A DNA stretch of 64,000 bases from the NCBI GenBank assembly GCA_963710645.1, contig CAVQBD010000002.1:138828-202827 (forward strand), written 5' to 3'. The DNA is from an uncultured Holophagae bacterium (GTDB lineage Bacteria > Acidobacteriota > Thermoanaerobaculia > Thermoanaerobaculales > Sulfomarinibacteraceae). The notes under the pieces are model-generated. The model was not told the origin of the DNA. It saw only the letters and a list, made by a program, of their open reading frames with translations, and did no database searches. The position numbers and the translations under genes were made by a program. This document shows, one piece after another, positions 48,895-58,302 of this stretch; the first letter of the stretch is position 1, and the number at the start of each line of letters is the position of its first letter.

Positions 48895-49613
48895 CCGACT
48901 CCGATTCCTCTCGAAAACGGGATGAGGGCCTTGCTTTCTTCGGCACGATGATCGCCGGACAATCCCACGAGCTCACCAACGTCCTCAATATCATCAAGGA
49001 GTTGGCCGGCCTGCAACACGATCTTCTGGAGGCAGGAAACACCGGGCGCCCCGTCGATCTTTCGAGGATTCAGGAGGTCGCATGCAGGATCCAAAACCAG
49101 GTCATGCGGGGCGACACGATCATTCGCAACCTCAACCATTTTGCTCACAGCGTCGACCTGCCGACGGCGGTATTCGATCTCAGGGAGGCGATTGAAAGGG
49201 TTGTGTTCTTCGCCGAGCGGTCGGCCCGGCTGGCCCGGGTCGAGTTGAGTCCGGACCTGCCGGAGGAATCGATGGCCCTCGAGAACAACCCGTTCAGCCT
49301 CCAGCAGGCGTTGTTCATTTGCATCGATCTTGCTCTGCAGTCCGCCACTGACGAACGAAAGGTGACCGTGGATTACAGCGTCTGCGAAGACGGGGCGAAG
49401 ATCCGGATCAACTCGGCCGACAGGCTGGCCAACGATGGTCTCGTCGCCGAGAAACTGGGGTTCCTCAGGCTGTTGCTGTCGGACCTTGGCGGGGTCCTCC
49501 TCAGGGGTCCTGGAGAGGAGCCGTACAACGCGATCGTTTTCAAAATCGGGCTGCACCGGGGCGAGCCATCCGGGCGGCTCGGATCGGCCCGAAGCTCAGG
49601 GGAAGAGAATTGA
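48891..49613 (+). CDS. Soluble histidine-kinase-like protein with a DHp/H-box but a degenerate ATPase domain
   Basis: GTGA overlap with the upstream gene. The H-box-like IAGQSHELTNVLNIIKELAG aligns with AGVAHEINNPLAII of the neighbouring kinase. The downstream region has no recognisable N, G1 or G2 boxes. Confidence 0.55.
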   Translation: MTDSDSSRKRDEGLAFFGTMIAGQSHELTNVLNIIKELAGLQHDLLEAGNTGRPVDLSRIQEVACRIQNQVMRGDTIIRNLNHFAHSVDLPTAVFDLREAIERVVFFAERSARLARVELSPDLPEESMALENNPFSLQQALFICIDLALQSATDERKVTVDYSVCEDGAKIRINSADRLANDGLVAEKLGFLRLLLSDLGGVLLRGPGEEPYNAIVFKIGLHRGEPSGRLGSARSSGEEN

Positions 49614-49668
49614 TACAGTGCGGACACCGGAACCGGCGGCCGGTGACGGCGGGTCGGAATGGAGGCGG

Positions 49669-50103
49669 ATGATGCGCGTCGAGAGCGTGTTGTTGGTTGA
49701 TGACGAAGTGGAGTTTGTTCAGACACTTGCAGAACGCATGCAGGCACGGGGACTGGCCGTCGAGTACGTCACCAACGGCCACGATGCCATCGAATCGGCG
49801 AGATCCAAGACCTACGATGCGGTGGTCCTCGATTTGGCCATGCCTGGAATGAACGGTCTCGAGACCCTCAAGATCCTCCTCCGAGATCATCCCGGCCTCC
49901 AGATCATGCTTCTCACCGGGCAGGCCACCGTTGGCGATGCCGTCGAGGCAACAAAGATCGGGGCGGTGGACGTCTTCGAAAAACCCACCGACATCGAGAC
50001 CCTGGTGGAGAAGATCCGCGAAGCCAGGAAAGCGCGACTCGCCCTGGAGGAGCAACACGCCCTCGATGAGATCGACAAGATCATGTCCACCAAGGGTTGG
50101 TGA
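49669..50103 (+). CDS. CheY-like response regulator with a short C-terminal helical tail
   Basis: ATG 49669 or 49672 follows GGAGG. VLLVDDEVEF...AVVLDLAMPGMNG...LLTGQA...VFEKPTDIETL. Confidence 0.85.
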   Translation: MMRVESVLLVDDEVEFVQTLAERMQARGLAVEYVTNGHDAIESARSKTYDAVVLDLAMPGMNGLETLKILLRDHPGLQIMLLTGQATVGDAVEATKIGAVDVFEKPTDIETLVEKIREARKARLALEEQHALDEIDKIMSTKGW

Positions 50104-50218
50104 GATATTCAGGCTGGCTAGCTCATATTGCGCGCGGAAAAGCGGTCCGGGTTTTCTGATTTTCCAAGCAGCATCAGGACGTCCCCTTCGCCGAAACGAG
50201 TATCGGCCGGAGGCGCAT

Positions 50219-52282
50219 TCAGCCTGCCCTCTCGAACCGTTCGAGGTGTTGTTCACTCCCCAACACCAGCATCACATCGCCCTCCTGAAAGACGTAGCCC
50301 GCACTGGGCATTTCGTCGATAAAAGTTTCCCCGTCGCTGCTCTTTCGCTTGATGAGCAGAAGGTTGACACCAAATTTCTGTCGAATGTCGAGCGAACCCA
50401 GACTCTGACCGAAGAAACTGGCGGGGACCGGGACCTCGGCAAGGCTCATGCCCCGAACTCCTGGGAGCGCTCGGGCTGACGGACCATTCCCCATTGTTCC
50501 GGCCATGGTCGAGGCCATATCGCGCTTGAGAATCTCGCCATTGTATGCCTCGATCACATCCTGCGGCCACAGGGTGCCCACGAGCCGTCCGCGATCCACC
50601 ACCGGCGCCATGAACCGATACCGTCCGAACCGCCTCATGACCTCGTCGAGCGGATCGTCGGGACCGAATACAGGGAAGCCGGTTTCCCTCATCATATCCT
50701 CGGCGATGACCAGACCTCGTGCCGATGCCGGATCGGTCATGAGGGGTCTGATGTCATCGATGGTAATCAGACCCAGGAGGTGGTGATTGGCGTCGGTCAC
50801 GAACACCGTATCGCCGGGGCGTTCGACAAAACGAGAAATCACGGGCATCAAATGGTCTTCTCGTCGGACCACGGTGACCTCGGTTCGCATCGCCTCGCGT
50901 GCGTTGAGCTGGCCAAGCACGTTGGCCGAGTATCCGCCCCGAATGTCGACCCCGCGTCGAAGCAGCTTGAGTGTATAGATCGACGCTGTCTGCATCCGTG
51001 TCGCGAGCAGAGTGGCGATGATGCAGCTGATCATCAGGGGAAGAATGATCTTGTAGTCGCCCGTGAGCTCGAAGATCATCACGATGGCGGTGATGGGAGC
51101 GTGGGTTCCCGCCGCGACAACGGCACCCATCCCCACCAGTGCGTAGGCGCCGGGGCTGGCCGACGCGTCGGGCCATAGGGAATGCACGATAGTCCCGACC
51201 GCCCCGCCGGCCATCGCGCCGATGAACAATGAGGGAGCGAAGATGCCGCCGGATCCGCCTGAACCGATGGTCAGGGAGACCGCCACGATCTTTACCAAGA
51301 CCAGGATCAGCAGCAGCTTCCACCCCAGTCCACCACTCAGTGCCTCGTTGATGGCTTCGTAGCCGACTCCAAGAACCTCCGGGAATTGGATCGCGATCAA
51401 TCCGATGAGCGCCCCGCCCATCGCTGGTTTGACGACAGCTGGAAGACTGAGAGCATCGAAGAGGTCTTCTGCGCCGTACAACGCACGAACAAAAACCAGG
51501 GCCACCAACCCGGCGATGATGCCCAACGCACCGTAGGCGAAGAGTTCGAGTGGGCTTGCGAGGCTGTAGGCCGGCACCTCAAATGCCGGGAAATTACCAA
51601 GGAAGTGTCGACTCACCACTGTTGCCGTGACAGATGAAATCACGATGGGAGAAAACTGGGTGACTCCAAAATCGCCGAGGATGATCTCCACTGAGAACAG
51701 GGCCCCGGCCACCGGCGCATTGAATGTGGCCGCGATCCCGGCCGCCGCGCCGCAGCCGACCAGGGTCCGCAGTCGCCGTTCTCCCACGCCCAACCACTGA
51801 CCGAGGGATGATCCGATCGCAGAGCCGATCTGGACGATCGGTCCTTCCCGACCCACTGACCCTCCAGATGCGATACACACGCCCGAGGCGAGGAGCTTGG
51901 CGACAACCACACGCGGACGGATCCGACCGCCCCGAAGGGCCACCGCCTCCATGACTTCCGGCACACCATGCCCCTTGGCTTCGGCAGCATAACGGACGAT
52001 GATCAGCCCGACGATCAGACCACCCACCGCCGGCGACAGCACTTTCCACCAACTCGGCAGACTTCTGAGGTATGCAAGAGTTACGTTGTCCGTTTGCCAG
52101 GCGACGGCCTGGAAGAGGCGTATGGACTCCCGGAACCCAACCGCACCAAGTCCACCGAGCAGCCCGATGACAACGGCCACGAGCACCATGTACGAGTGTT
52201 CGGTGTACTTCAGGAACAGGTGGGCACGCTCCGCCGCCTGGCGAACAAGATTGACAACCGGGATTCGGCTCAGCCAGCCCAT
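50219..52282 (-). CDS. ClC-family chloride channel/antiporter with a CBS pair and a C-terminal TrkA-C (RCK_C) domain
   Basis: GSVGREGPIVQIGS, GSGGSGGIFAPSLFIGA and the CBS region. The terminal segment VPASFFGQSLGSLDIRQKFGVNLLLIKR...GDVMLVLG is TrkA-C-like. Confidence 0.85.
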   Translation of the reverse strand: MGWLSRIPVVNLVRQAAERAHLFLKYTEHSYMVLVAVVIGLLGGLGAVGFRESIRLFQAVAWQTDNVTLAYLRSLPSWWKVLSPAVGGLIVGLIIVRYAAEAKGHGVPEVMEAVALRGGRIRPRVVVAKLLASGVCIASGGSVGREGPIVQIGSAIGSSLGQWLGVGERRLRTLVGCGAAAGIAATFNAPVAGALFSVEIILGDFGVTQFSPIVISSVTATVVSRHFLGNFPAFEVPAYSLASPLELFAYGALGIIAGLVALVFVRALYGAEDLFDALSLPAVVKPAMGGALIGLIAIQFPEVLGVGYEAINEALSGGLGWKLLLILVLVKIVAVSLTIGSGGSGGIFAPSLFIGAMAGGAVGTIVHSLWPDASASPGAYALVGMGAVVAAGTHAPITAIVMIFELTGDYKIILPLMISCIIATLLATRMQTASIYTLKLLRRGVDIRGGYSANVLGQLNAREAMRTEVTVVRREDHLMPVISRFVERPGDTVFVTDANHHLLGLITIDDIRPLMTDPASARGLVIAEDMMRETGFPVFGPDDPLDEVMRRFGRYRFMAPVVDRGRLVGTLWPQDVIEAYNGEILKRDMASTMAGTMGNGPSARALPGVRGMSLAEVPVPASFFGQSLGSLDIRQKFGVNLLLIKRKSSDGETFIDEMPSAGYVFQEGDVMLVLGSEQHLERFERAG

Positions 52283-52304
52283 GGGGCAAGTCTACGCCCT
52301 TCAG

Positions 52305-52748
52305 TCACCGGTTGCGGCGCCACTCGCGCCACGCACGCCAAGCATGGCGCGAGGAGAGGAGCAGCGCCACTCCAACTGCGATATAGACCGCGCCGACGAT
52401 GCCACGCGTGACCGCGCCACGCAGCAGGCGGCCGGCAGCGATCATCACAATGACCAACGCCCAGGTGCTCAGCGAGAGGAAGCCACCGAGACATCGGCCG
52501 TCGCCGCGGGCACGGATTCGTTCGACGACCTTCCGCGCCGCACGATCGAGCACCAGCTGTGACTTGATCGCACCGACGACGACCGCGCCGGCCGCGATCC
52601 ACGGCGCGGCCGCGGGTGCCGCCCCCCACAGCCACCGAACTCCGAAGCCCGCCAGGGCCGCCCCCACCACCGCCCACATGAGCCACGCCAACATCAGGTG
52701 GGTCGGTACCGACGCCGCCGGTTTGTGGTTTTCTGCCCAATGGGTCAA
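52305..52748 (-). CDS. Hypothetical small membrane protein (about 4 TM)
   Basis: 147-aa ORF located 22 nt upstream of the ClC gene on the same strand, with hydrophobic helices. No family was recognised. Confidence 0.5.
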   Translation of the reverse strand: MTHWAENHKPAASVPTHLMLAWLMWAVVGAALAGFGVRWLWGAAPAAAPWIAAGAVVVGAIKSQLVLDRAARKVVERIRARGDGRCLGGFLSLSTWALVIVMIAAGRLLRGAVTRGIVGAVYIAVGVALLLSSRHAWRAWREWRRNR

Positions 52749-53019
52749 TGGAGTCCTCCGCGTGGGGGGTGCAGCCGGTCCCGTGAGAGAGAACCCGTTC
52801 GGATGATTATGACCCGATCACGCTCAATGGGGTGACCATGCGTGGAAATTTCATAGAGAGATTCGGTCGCTCGGCGCGACAGGATTCCTGGCTCTGTTGG
52901 ATTCTTCGGAGTTGGGACTGTCGGATTGGCCCGAGTGCCGATCTGGCATTTGATCCGACAGCGGAGTCCACAGCGAAGCCTTGTTTTGGGTACGCCGCTT
53001 GCATTTCAGGTGGGCGAAT

Positions 53020-53937
53020 ATGAATGTCCAGCAGGTGATTTCCACCGTGACAGATCCAGTGGCTGCAGGGCCGGGGACCGGGTCGGTCGTCGGATCGGTC
53101 AATGAGGGACACGATCCGCCACGGCGAGGTGTGCCATTGAGCCTGCTCCTCGGAGTGACCATCTCGGCGCTGGTTGTTCTTCTGCTCGGTGCGCTCACGA
53201 CCCTTCAGCTGCGACGTGAGGAACGGAGGGAGATCACTGCCCGAGAGGCCTTATTGGCCCAGTCGCTCGTGCCGCTGGCCCAGGAAGTCGAGCAGGCGGG
53301 CAGCCTCGGTGAGATCGAGCAGGTCCTATCCTCTTGCCGGGTCGGCGAGATCGCTCTCGGCCGATCCGGCTACAACGTGGTGTTTCGCGATGACCGAGGC
53401 CGCGTGTTGGTCTCGGCTGATGCATCGGGCGGGGTTTCGCCGCCCGACGATTCGCTTCGGGCGAGTGTGGCGGTGCGTTCGAATGTGCTTTCCGCGGGAG
53501 GCGGAACACTCGCAGCGTGGCAGGACACCTCGAGTCTCGCCAAAGAGATGATGTTACGTCGAAAGGTGGCCTGGGTCGATATCGCGATCACCGGATTGGC
53601 CGTCATAGTCGTCATCCAGTTGGCGGTATATCTCCTCGTCACGCGGCCCATGAACCGGTTGCTGACAGCCATCGACAGATTCGAACAGGGGTATCCCGCA
53701 AAGTTCCGAAATGGCGCCGTCGCGCGCGAACTGCGCTGGTTGGGGTGGCGGTTCCACCGGATGAACACCAGCCTGACCGACAACGCCCGTTGGTTGGTGG
53801 CTGCGCACCGGCGAGCAGTGGAAACCTCGAGATCTCGGCGACAACAAGAAACTGGATCCTCTGCCCTTCGACCCTCTCGACCTGGATCGCGCCGAGGTGA
53901 CGGCTGGAAACGAGATCATGCGGCGCTTCTTGAGTGA
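53020..53937 (+). CDS. Membrane protein with two TM segments and a HAMP-like linker
   Basis: ATG 53020. TM1 LSLLLGVTISALVVLLLGAL, then a roughly 140-aa outer region, then TM2 VDIAITGLAVIVVIQLAVYLLV, then a HAMP-like segment TRPMNRLLTAIDRFEQG. Codon-position GC indicates that the last roughly 35 codons of the listed frame are probably not the true frame (see findings). Confidence 0.6.
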   Translation: MNVQQVISTVTDPVAAGPGTGSVVGSVNEGHDPPRRGVPLSLLLGVTISALVVLLLGALTTLQLRREERREITAREALLAQSLVPLAQEVEQAGSLGEIEQVLSSCRVGEIALGRSGYNVVFRDDRGRVLVSADASGGVSPPDDSLRASVAVRSNVLSAGGGTLAAWQDTSSLAKEMMLRRKVAWVDIAITGLAVIVVIQLAVYLLVTRPMNRLLTAIDRFEQGYPAKFRNGAVARELRWLGWRFHRMNTSLTDNARWLVAAHRRAVETSRSRRQQETGSSALRPSRPGSRRGDGWKRDHAALLE

Positions 53938-54635
53938 CCGATGTGCGTGGCTCGAAGGTTGTAGTCCGGAAAATCCAGAGGCTCGGGACGACCGCCCTGG
54001 AGGTATGGACAAACGATGTCGTCGATGCTGAGCGATTTGGTGAGATGGCCCTCCGCGCGCGGCTCGAGAACGCCGCCCTGAAGGTCCTCGATCCGGAGGC
54101 CTTCGATGGGGTGAGCAGAGGACTGGAGTCGATGGTCGCTGCGCAGGCCACGTGGTGTGCTGCGACCGAAGCGGCCATCGTCTCGGCACTTTCCGCCGAT
54201 GGCGTGCAGTATGTGGCGATCCAGCGCAGGGCCAAGCACGTCGCGGGGGTGTGGCGAAAAATGAAAGAGAAACACCTTGCCCTTGAAGACGTGCAGGATT
54301 TGTTCGCCTTTCGGATCATCGTTCCAGGGCAGGATGAATGCTATCTGGCTCTTGCCACCGTCCATCGTTTGTTCGACCCGGAGCCGTTTCGATTCAAGGA
54401 CTACATAGCAAATCCCAAGGCGAACGGCTACCAGAGCCTCCACACCAGTGTCCGTGATCGGGGCGGTTTTGCATTCGAGATCCAAATCCGAACCGTCGAC
54501 ATGCACCGTGCGGCTGAGGAGGGTGCTGCCGCCCATTGGCGTTACCGAGCCGGCAAATCCGTGCGCAACAGGGCATCGGCGAGGTCTGCGGGTCTGGGTG
54601 GTCTTGGTGCTCTGATCAGGCGTCGGCGTGGGTGA
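53934..54635 (+). CDS. RelA/SpoT-domain small alarmone synthetase-like protein
   Basis: Synthetase-domain motifs RAKHVAGVWRKMKEK, DLFAFRIIV, YIANPKANGYQSLHTSV, FEIQIRTVDMH and AAHWRYR. GTG 53934 overlaps the upstream TGA. Confidence 0.8.
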   Translation: MTDVRGSKVVVRKIQRLGTTALEVWTNDVVDAERFGEMALRARLENAALKVLDPEAFDGVSRGLESMVAAQATWCAATEAAIVSALSADGVQYVAIQRRAKHVAGVWRKMKEKHLALEDVQDLFAFRIIVPGQDECYLALATVHRLFDPEPFRFKDYIANPKANGYQSLHTSVRDRGGFAFEIQIRTVDMHRAAEEGAAAHWRYRAGKSVRNRASARSAGLGGLGALIRRRRG

Positions 54636-56049
54636 CGGGCGTCAGGGACGGGGTGGCTGGTAGGGTTACGGTGAAGGTCGTGCCCTTGCCCTGCTCCGTG
54701 GTGAAGGTGACGTCCCCGCCATGTTCTTCGGCGACCTTCTGAACCACCAGAAGACCGATGCCGGTGCCCTCGCTGCCCTTGGTCGAGAAAAAGTCCTCGA
54801 AGACCCGGCTGTTCATCTCGTCGGGAATCCCGGCGCCATCGTCCTCCACCTCGAGGATCATGGAGCCCTTGATGTCGGTGGTGCAGCGAAGGGTGATGGT
54901 GTGGTGTTCCTTCGCGTCTGACGGATCGAAACGACAGGCGTCGATGGCATTGGCGACCAGGTTGGTGAGCATGTTGTGGAGTCCGCCGGGATCGAAGGTG
55001 CCATAGACCGGCGGGTCACAGAGTTCGGTTTCCAGGGTGATGCCCTCTTCGGCCATGCGGTCGGCAAAGAGATCGCGGACCTCCATCAGAATGGTGTTCG
55101 GGCAGACCCCGTCCTTGAAATCCGGGGTCCGATCCTTGGAACAATAGAGCAGATCCATGACGATCCTCGAGACCCGGTGGACGTTTCGTTCGACCATTTC
55201 CCACCCTTCAGCAATGGTCTCGCGATCATCGGTTTCGAGCCCTGTGTTGACGACGAAAATGCCGCCCTCGAGCCCCATCAAAATATTCTTGATTCGATGT
55301 GCCATACCGGCTACGGCACGTCCCATGAGGGCCAACTGGCGTTGCAGCGCCTTGACCTCGGTGACGTCGGTGAACACCTCCATGACGGCGCTGATCTCGC
55401 CATCGTCGTCCACGATGGGCATTGTGTGCACCACGGCATTGACCCGTCTGTGATCCCGCGTCACGAGAATCTCTTCGTCGGAGTGGATCAGGCCGTCGGC
55501 AAAGGTCAGGTCCACCACGCAGTTTGGACACTTGCTCGTGCGTTTCTTGCACACCTCGTAACAGAAAGAACGGTTGGTCGCCCCGAACTCCTCGCGGTAC
55601 ATGGCGTTGGCCTCGAGGATTCGATGGTCCCGGTCGATGACGCAGATAAAGCATGGGACGGAGGTGAAGAGGCGTTCGAAACCACGTCGAGTTTGATTGA
55701 GTTCACGTTTGAGATCGTTGAAGGGTGGCGCGTCGACGACTCTCGGTCGCCGGGTGAAGACCCACACGCCGAGGCTTGCCAGGCAGAAGAAGAGGGTCGC
55801 CGCGATGACGATGGGAGACAGGAATCGAACTCCACCCGCCACCGCAACGCACAGGATCGAGATGACCGAAAAATACACCGCGACGATGCGCCGCCGCTGA
55901 ATGATCGGGTCGTTAACCTTCCTGGTGACCTTCGGGCCTGCCGGCGGGACGATGTCGTTGGGTGGAGTTCTGGTGTGGTGATGGGCCGGGGCACCATTGC
56001 GCTGATCTTGAGAGGGTGTTGTCCCGTCAGGTATGTCCATCGACGCCAC
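54616..56049 (-). CDS. Membrane sensor histidine kinase with a Cys-rich PAS domain
   Basis: Two TM segments, a PAS with SFCYEVCKKRTSKCPNCVV, H-box AGMAHRIKNIL, N-box LTNLVANAIDA, and G-boxes DDGAGIP and GTGIGLLVV. Confidence 0.85.
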   Translation of the reverse strand: MASMDIPDGTTPSQDQRNGAPAHHHTRTPPNDIVPPAGPKVTRKVNDPIIQRRRIVAVYFSVISILCVAVAGGVRFLSPIVIAATLFFCLASLGVWVFTRRPRVVDAPPFNDLKRELNQTRRGFERLFTSVPCFICVIDRDHRILEANAMYREEFGATNRSFCYEVCKKRTSKCPNCVVDLTFADGLIHSDEEILVTRDHRRVNAVVHTMPIVDDDGEISAVMEVFTDVTEVKALQRQLALMGRAVAGMAHRIKNILMGLEGGIFVVNTGLETDDRETIAEGWEMVERNVHRVSRIVMDLLYCSKDRTPDFKDGVCPNTILMEVRDLFADRMAEEGITLETELCDPPVYGTFDPGGLHNMLTNLVANAIDACRFDPSDAKEHHTITLRCTTDIKGSMILEVEDDGAGIPDEMNSRVFEDFFSTKGSEGTGIGLLVVQKVAEEHGGDVTFTTEQGKGTTFTVTLPATPSLTPVTHADA

Positions 56050-56361
56050 TCCCAGCGCCTCTTTCCGGTTGATCGGCGTCAGCCCGTTTGGAGGCCTGCT
56101 GCGCTAGTATGGCACACTCGTTTTCGCGGGGCGTCCGGCGGCTCGTGCTGCGGGTACAACCTCGGCCATGGGCCGAGCGTCAATCAGGTCTTGAGAAAAA
56201 TAGCTGAACAGGCCGATCGAATACCAGCTCGAAGGCTGATCAGAGGTCCATGGCCTGCCGTTGCGGTTGAACTACGACACGGCGCGACATACCTTGGATT
56301 GCGGGAGCCGAGTTGGCGGCAGCGCAGAGCCGGGAGGTTGGGTTCGGCTGAGGAAGATTCG

Positions 56362-57720
56362 ATGGATAACAGTGATTTCGATCCGGCACAGATCATTCTT
56401 GACAGCGTCGCCGACGGGGTCTTCACCGTCGATCGCCAGTGGCGCATCAGCTCGTTCAACCGGGCAGCGGAAGAGATTACAGGCGTGCCCCGGGAAGAAG
56501 CTCTGGGACAACGCTGCTGCGATGTGTTTCGGGCCAGCATCTGTGAATCCGGTTGCGCCCTCAGACACACCCTCGAAACCGGGGAAAATGTCGTCAACAA
56601 AAAGGTTTTCATTGTCGATACCGACGGTACCAAACTCCCGGTGAGCGTTTCGACGGCGATCCTCAGGGACGCCGATGGGCAACCCAAGGGTGGTGTCGAG
56701 ACCTTTCGCGATCTCAGCCACGTCGAGCAGCTGCGCAAGGAACTCGAGGGCCGTTTCTCGCTCGGCGACATCATTGGCCGCAGTCGTCCCATGAGGGACC
56801 TTTTCGAAGTGCTTCCGGCGATCGCGGCCAGCGAGAGCACCGTCGTCGTCCACGGCGCCAGCGGGACAGGCAAGGAGCTCTTCGCCCGTGCGATCCACCA
56901 GCTGTCACCGAGACGGGACAAACGGTTTGTTGCCATCAACTGTGGTGCTCTTCCGGACACTCTGCTTGAAAACGAACTCTTCGGCCACGTGGCCGGCGCC
57001 TTCACCGACGCCCGTCGTGACAGGCCGGGTCGTTTCGCCCATGCGGAAGGGGGCACCATCTTCTTGGATGAGATCGGGGATATTTCCCAGGCGATGCAGG
57101 TTCGTCTGCTGCGGGTTCTCCAGGAGCACGTCTACGAGCCTCTCGGCTCGGTGGAGCCGGTGACAGCCGACGTCCGGGTCATCGTCGCCACTCACCGCGA
57201 TCTCGCAAGCCTCGTTGAGGATGGAGTTTTCAGGGAAGACCTCTACTATCGCATCAACGTGATGAAGCTGGAGCTGCCGGCATTGAAAGAGCGCCGGGAG
57301 GACATTCCGCTGCTGGTGGATCATTTTGTCCAGCGATTCAACCGGCTTCAGGACAAGGACGTCGTCGGAGTGTCGGACGAGGTTCTCAGCCTGCTCATGA
57401 CATATTCGTTCCCAGGCAACGCCCGGGAGTTGGAAAACGTCATCGAGCACGCCTTCGTGCTCTGCAATGAAGGCTGCATCGAACTCAGACACCTGCCACC
57501 TGAAATCAGTCAGGGATCCGAAGTTCCTCCGGTGGAATCCCGGGGGGGAATGACTCTCCGTGAGATGGAAGCCCTGCAAATATCGCTTGCACTCCACCGC
57601 CATGGCGGAAACCGGAAGGCGGCGGCCGATGAGCTTGGGATCCACCCGAGCACCCTCTTCCGGAAACTCAAGGATCTGGAGATCGAGCCGCCGGAGCGCG
57701 ACGGTCGGAATAGTCAGTAG
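56362..57720 (+). CDS. Sigma-54-dependent transcriptional activator with an N-terminal Cys-rich PAS domain
   Basis: ATG 56362 is residue 463 of listed ORF 54976..57720; the upstream 462 codons are the antisense shadow of the kinase gene. PAS with GQRCCDVFRASICESGCAL, Walker A GASGTGKE, GAFTDA loop and a C-terminal Fis-type HTH. Confidence 0.9.
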   Translation: MDNSDFDPAQIILDSVADGVFTVDRQWRISSFNRAAEEITGVPREEALGQRCCDVFRASICESGCALRHTLETGENVVNKKVFIVDTDGTKLPVSVSTAILRDADGQPKGGVETFRDLSHVEQLRKELEGRFSLGDIIGRSRPMRDLFEVLPAIAASESTVVVHGASGTGKELFARAIHQLSPRRDKRFVAINCGALPDTLLENELFGHVAGAFTDARRDRPGRFAHAEGGTIFLDEIGDISQAMQVRLLRVLQEHVYEPLGSVEPVTADVRVIVATHRDLASLVEDGVFREDLYYRINVMKLELPALKERREDIPLLVDHFVQRFNRLQDKDVVGVSDEVLSLLMTYSFPGNARELENVIEHAFVLCNEGCIELRHLPPEISQGSEVPPVESRGGMTLREMEALQISLALHRHGGNRKAAADELGIHPSTLFRKLKDLEIEPPERDGRNSQ

Positions 57721-57748
57721 GCCGTGAGCGGCCCACCCACCCGCCCAG

Positions 57749-57834
57749 GCAGTAGGGAGTAGCGCCCGCCCCCCCCAGGCAGTGTTCCGGGTTTCGAGTT
57801 GCCCCCCACCCGGATGCGAGATACGAGATGCGAG
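57749..57834. repeat. Heptamer units GCAGTAG/GGAGTAG (57749-57762, the reverse complement of the CTACTGC family) and ATGCGAG/ATACGAG x3 (57814-57834)
   Basis: Located between the activator stop codon and the IS3 left end. Confidence 0.8.
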
Positions 57835-57889
57835 TTCCCCCTCCGGTGGCGTCCTGTAATAGGTTGACACTCGAGAAGGGGGTGGGCCT

Positions 57890-58291
57890 ATGGCGGGAAG
57901 GACGATGCGATACAGTGAGGCATTCAAGCAGCAGGTAGTGGACGAGCTCGAGGCGGGGCGATTTGGGAGTCCACATGAGGCATCACAGGCCTACGGTGTT
58001 GATTCGGGGTCGGTGAAGCGTTGGGCTAGACAGTACGGCAAGGGGCACTTGCTGCGGAAGGTGGTACGAGTGGAGAAGCAAGACGAGCCTGGGGAGATCA
58101 AGCGTTTGAAGGAACGGGTGCGAGGCTTGGAAGCTGCGTTGGCGGATTCGGTGATGGACCAGGCGTTGGATCAGGCGTTTTTCGAGATTCTGTGCGAGCG
58201 GATGGGCATCGACGCGAGAGAGTTTAAAAAAAAGCACGCTGGTCAGGCGTCCACCGGGCGGGCAAGAAACTCCAAGGACGACGCGGAGTAA
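57890..58291 (+). CDS. IS3-family transposase OrfA (HTH)
   Basis: MRYSEAFKQQVVDELEAG...VKRWARQY plus a leucine-zipper-like region, typical of IS3 OrfA. Confidence 0.85.
   Translation: MAGRTMRYSEAFKQQVVDELEAGRFGSPHEASQAYGVDSGSVKRWARQYGKGHLLRKVVRVEKQDEPGEIKRLKERVRGLEAALADSVMDQALDQAFFEILCERMGIDAREFKKKHAGQASTGRARNSKDDAE
58228..58234 (+). other. Programmed -1 ribosomal frameshift heptamer A AAA AAG in the IS3 element
   Basis: TTTAAAAAAAAG at 58223-58234. In the orfA frame the codons are AAA AAA AAG. The -1 frame downstream reads ARWSGVHRAGKKLQGRRGVSIERLCCKVGMTRQNYY with no stop codon before orfB. Confidence 0.7.
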
Positions 58292-58302
58292 GCATCGAGA
58301 GG

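Noticed and set aside
56110-56125. Sigma-54-like TGGCACACTCGTTTTC upstream of the PAS activator gene
   Set aside because: The -24 half is perfect, but the near-invariant GC of the -12 element is replaced by TT. It also lies about 240 nt from the start codon.
54976-56361. The N-terminal 462 codons of the listed 914-aa plus-strand ORF
   Set aside because: This part is the antisense shadow of the PAS histidine kinase (54616..56049). The genuine activator starts at ATG 56362, where its PAS domain begins (MDNSDFDPAQIILDSV...).
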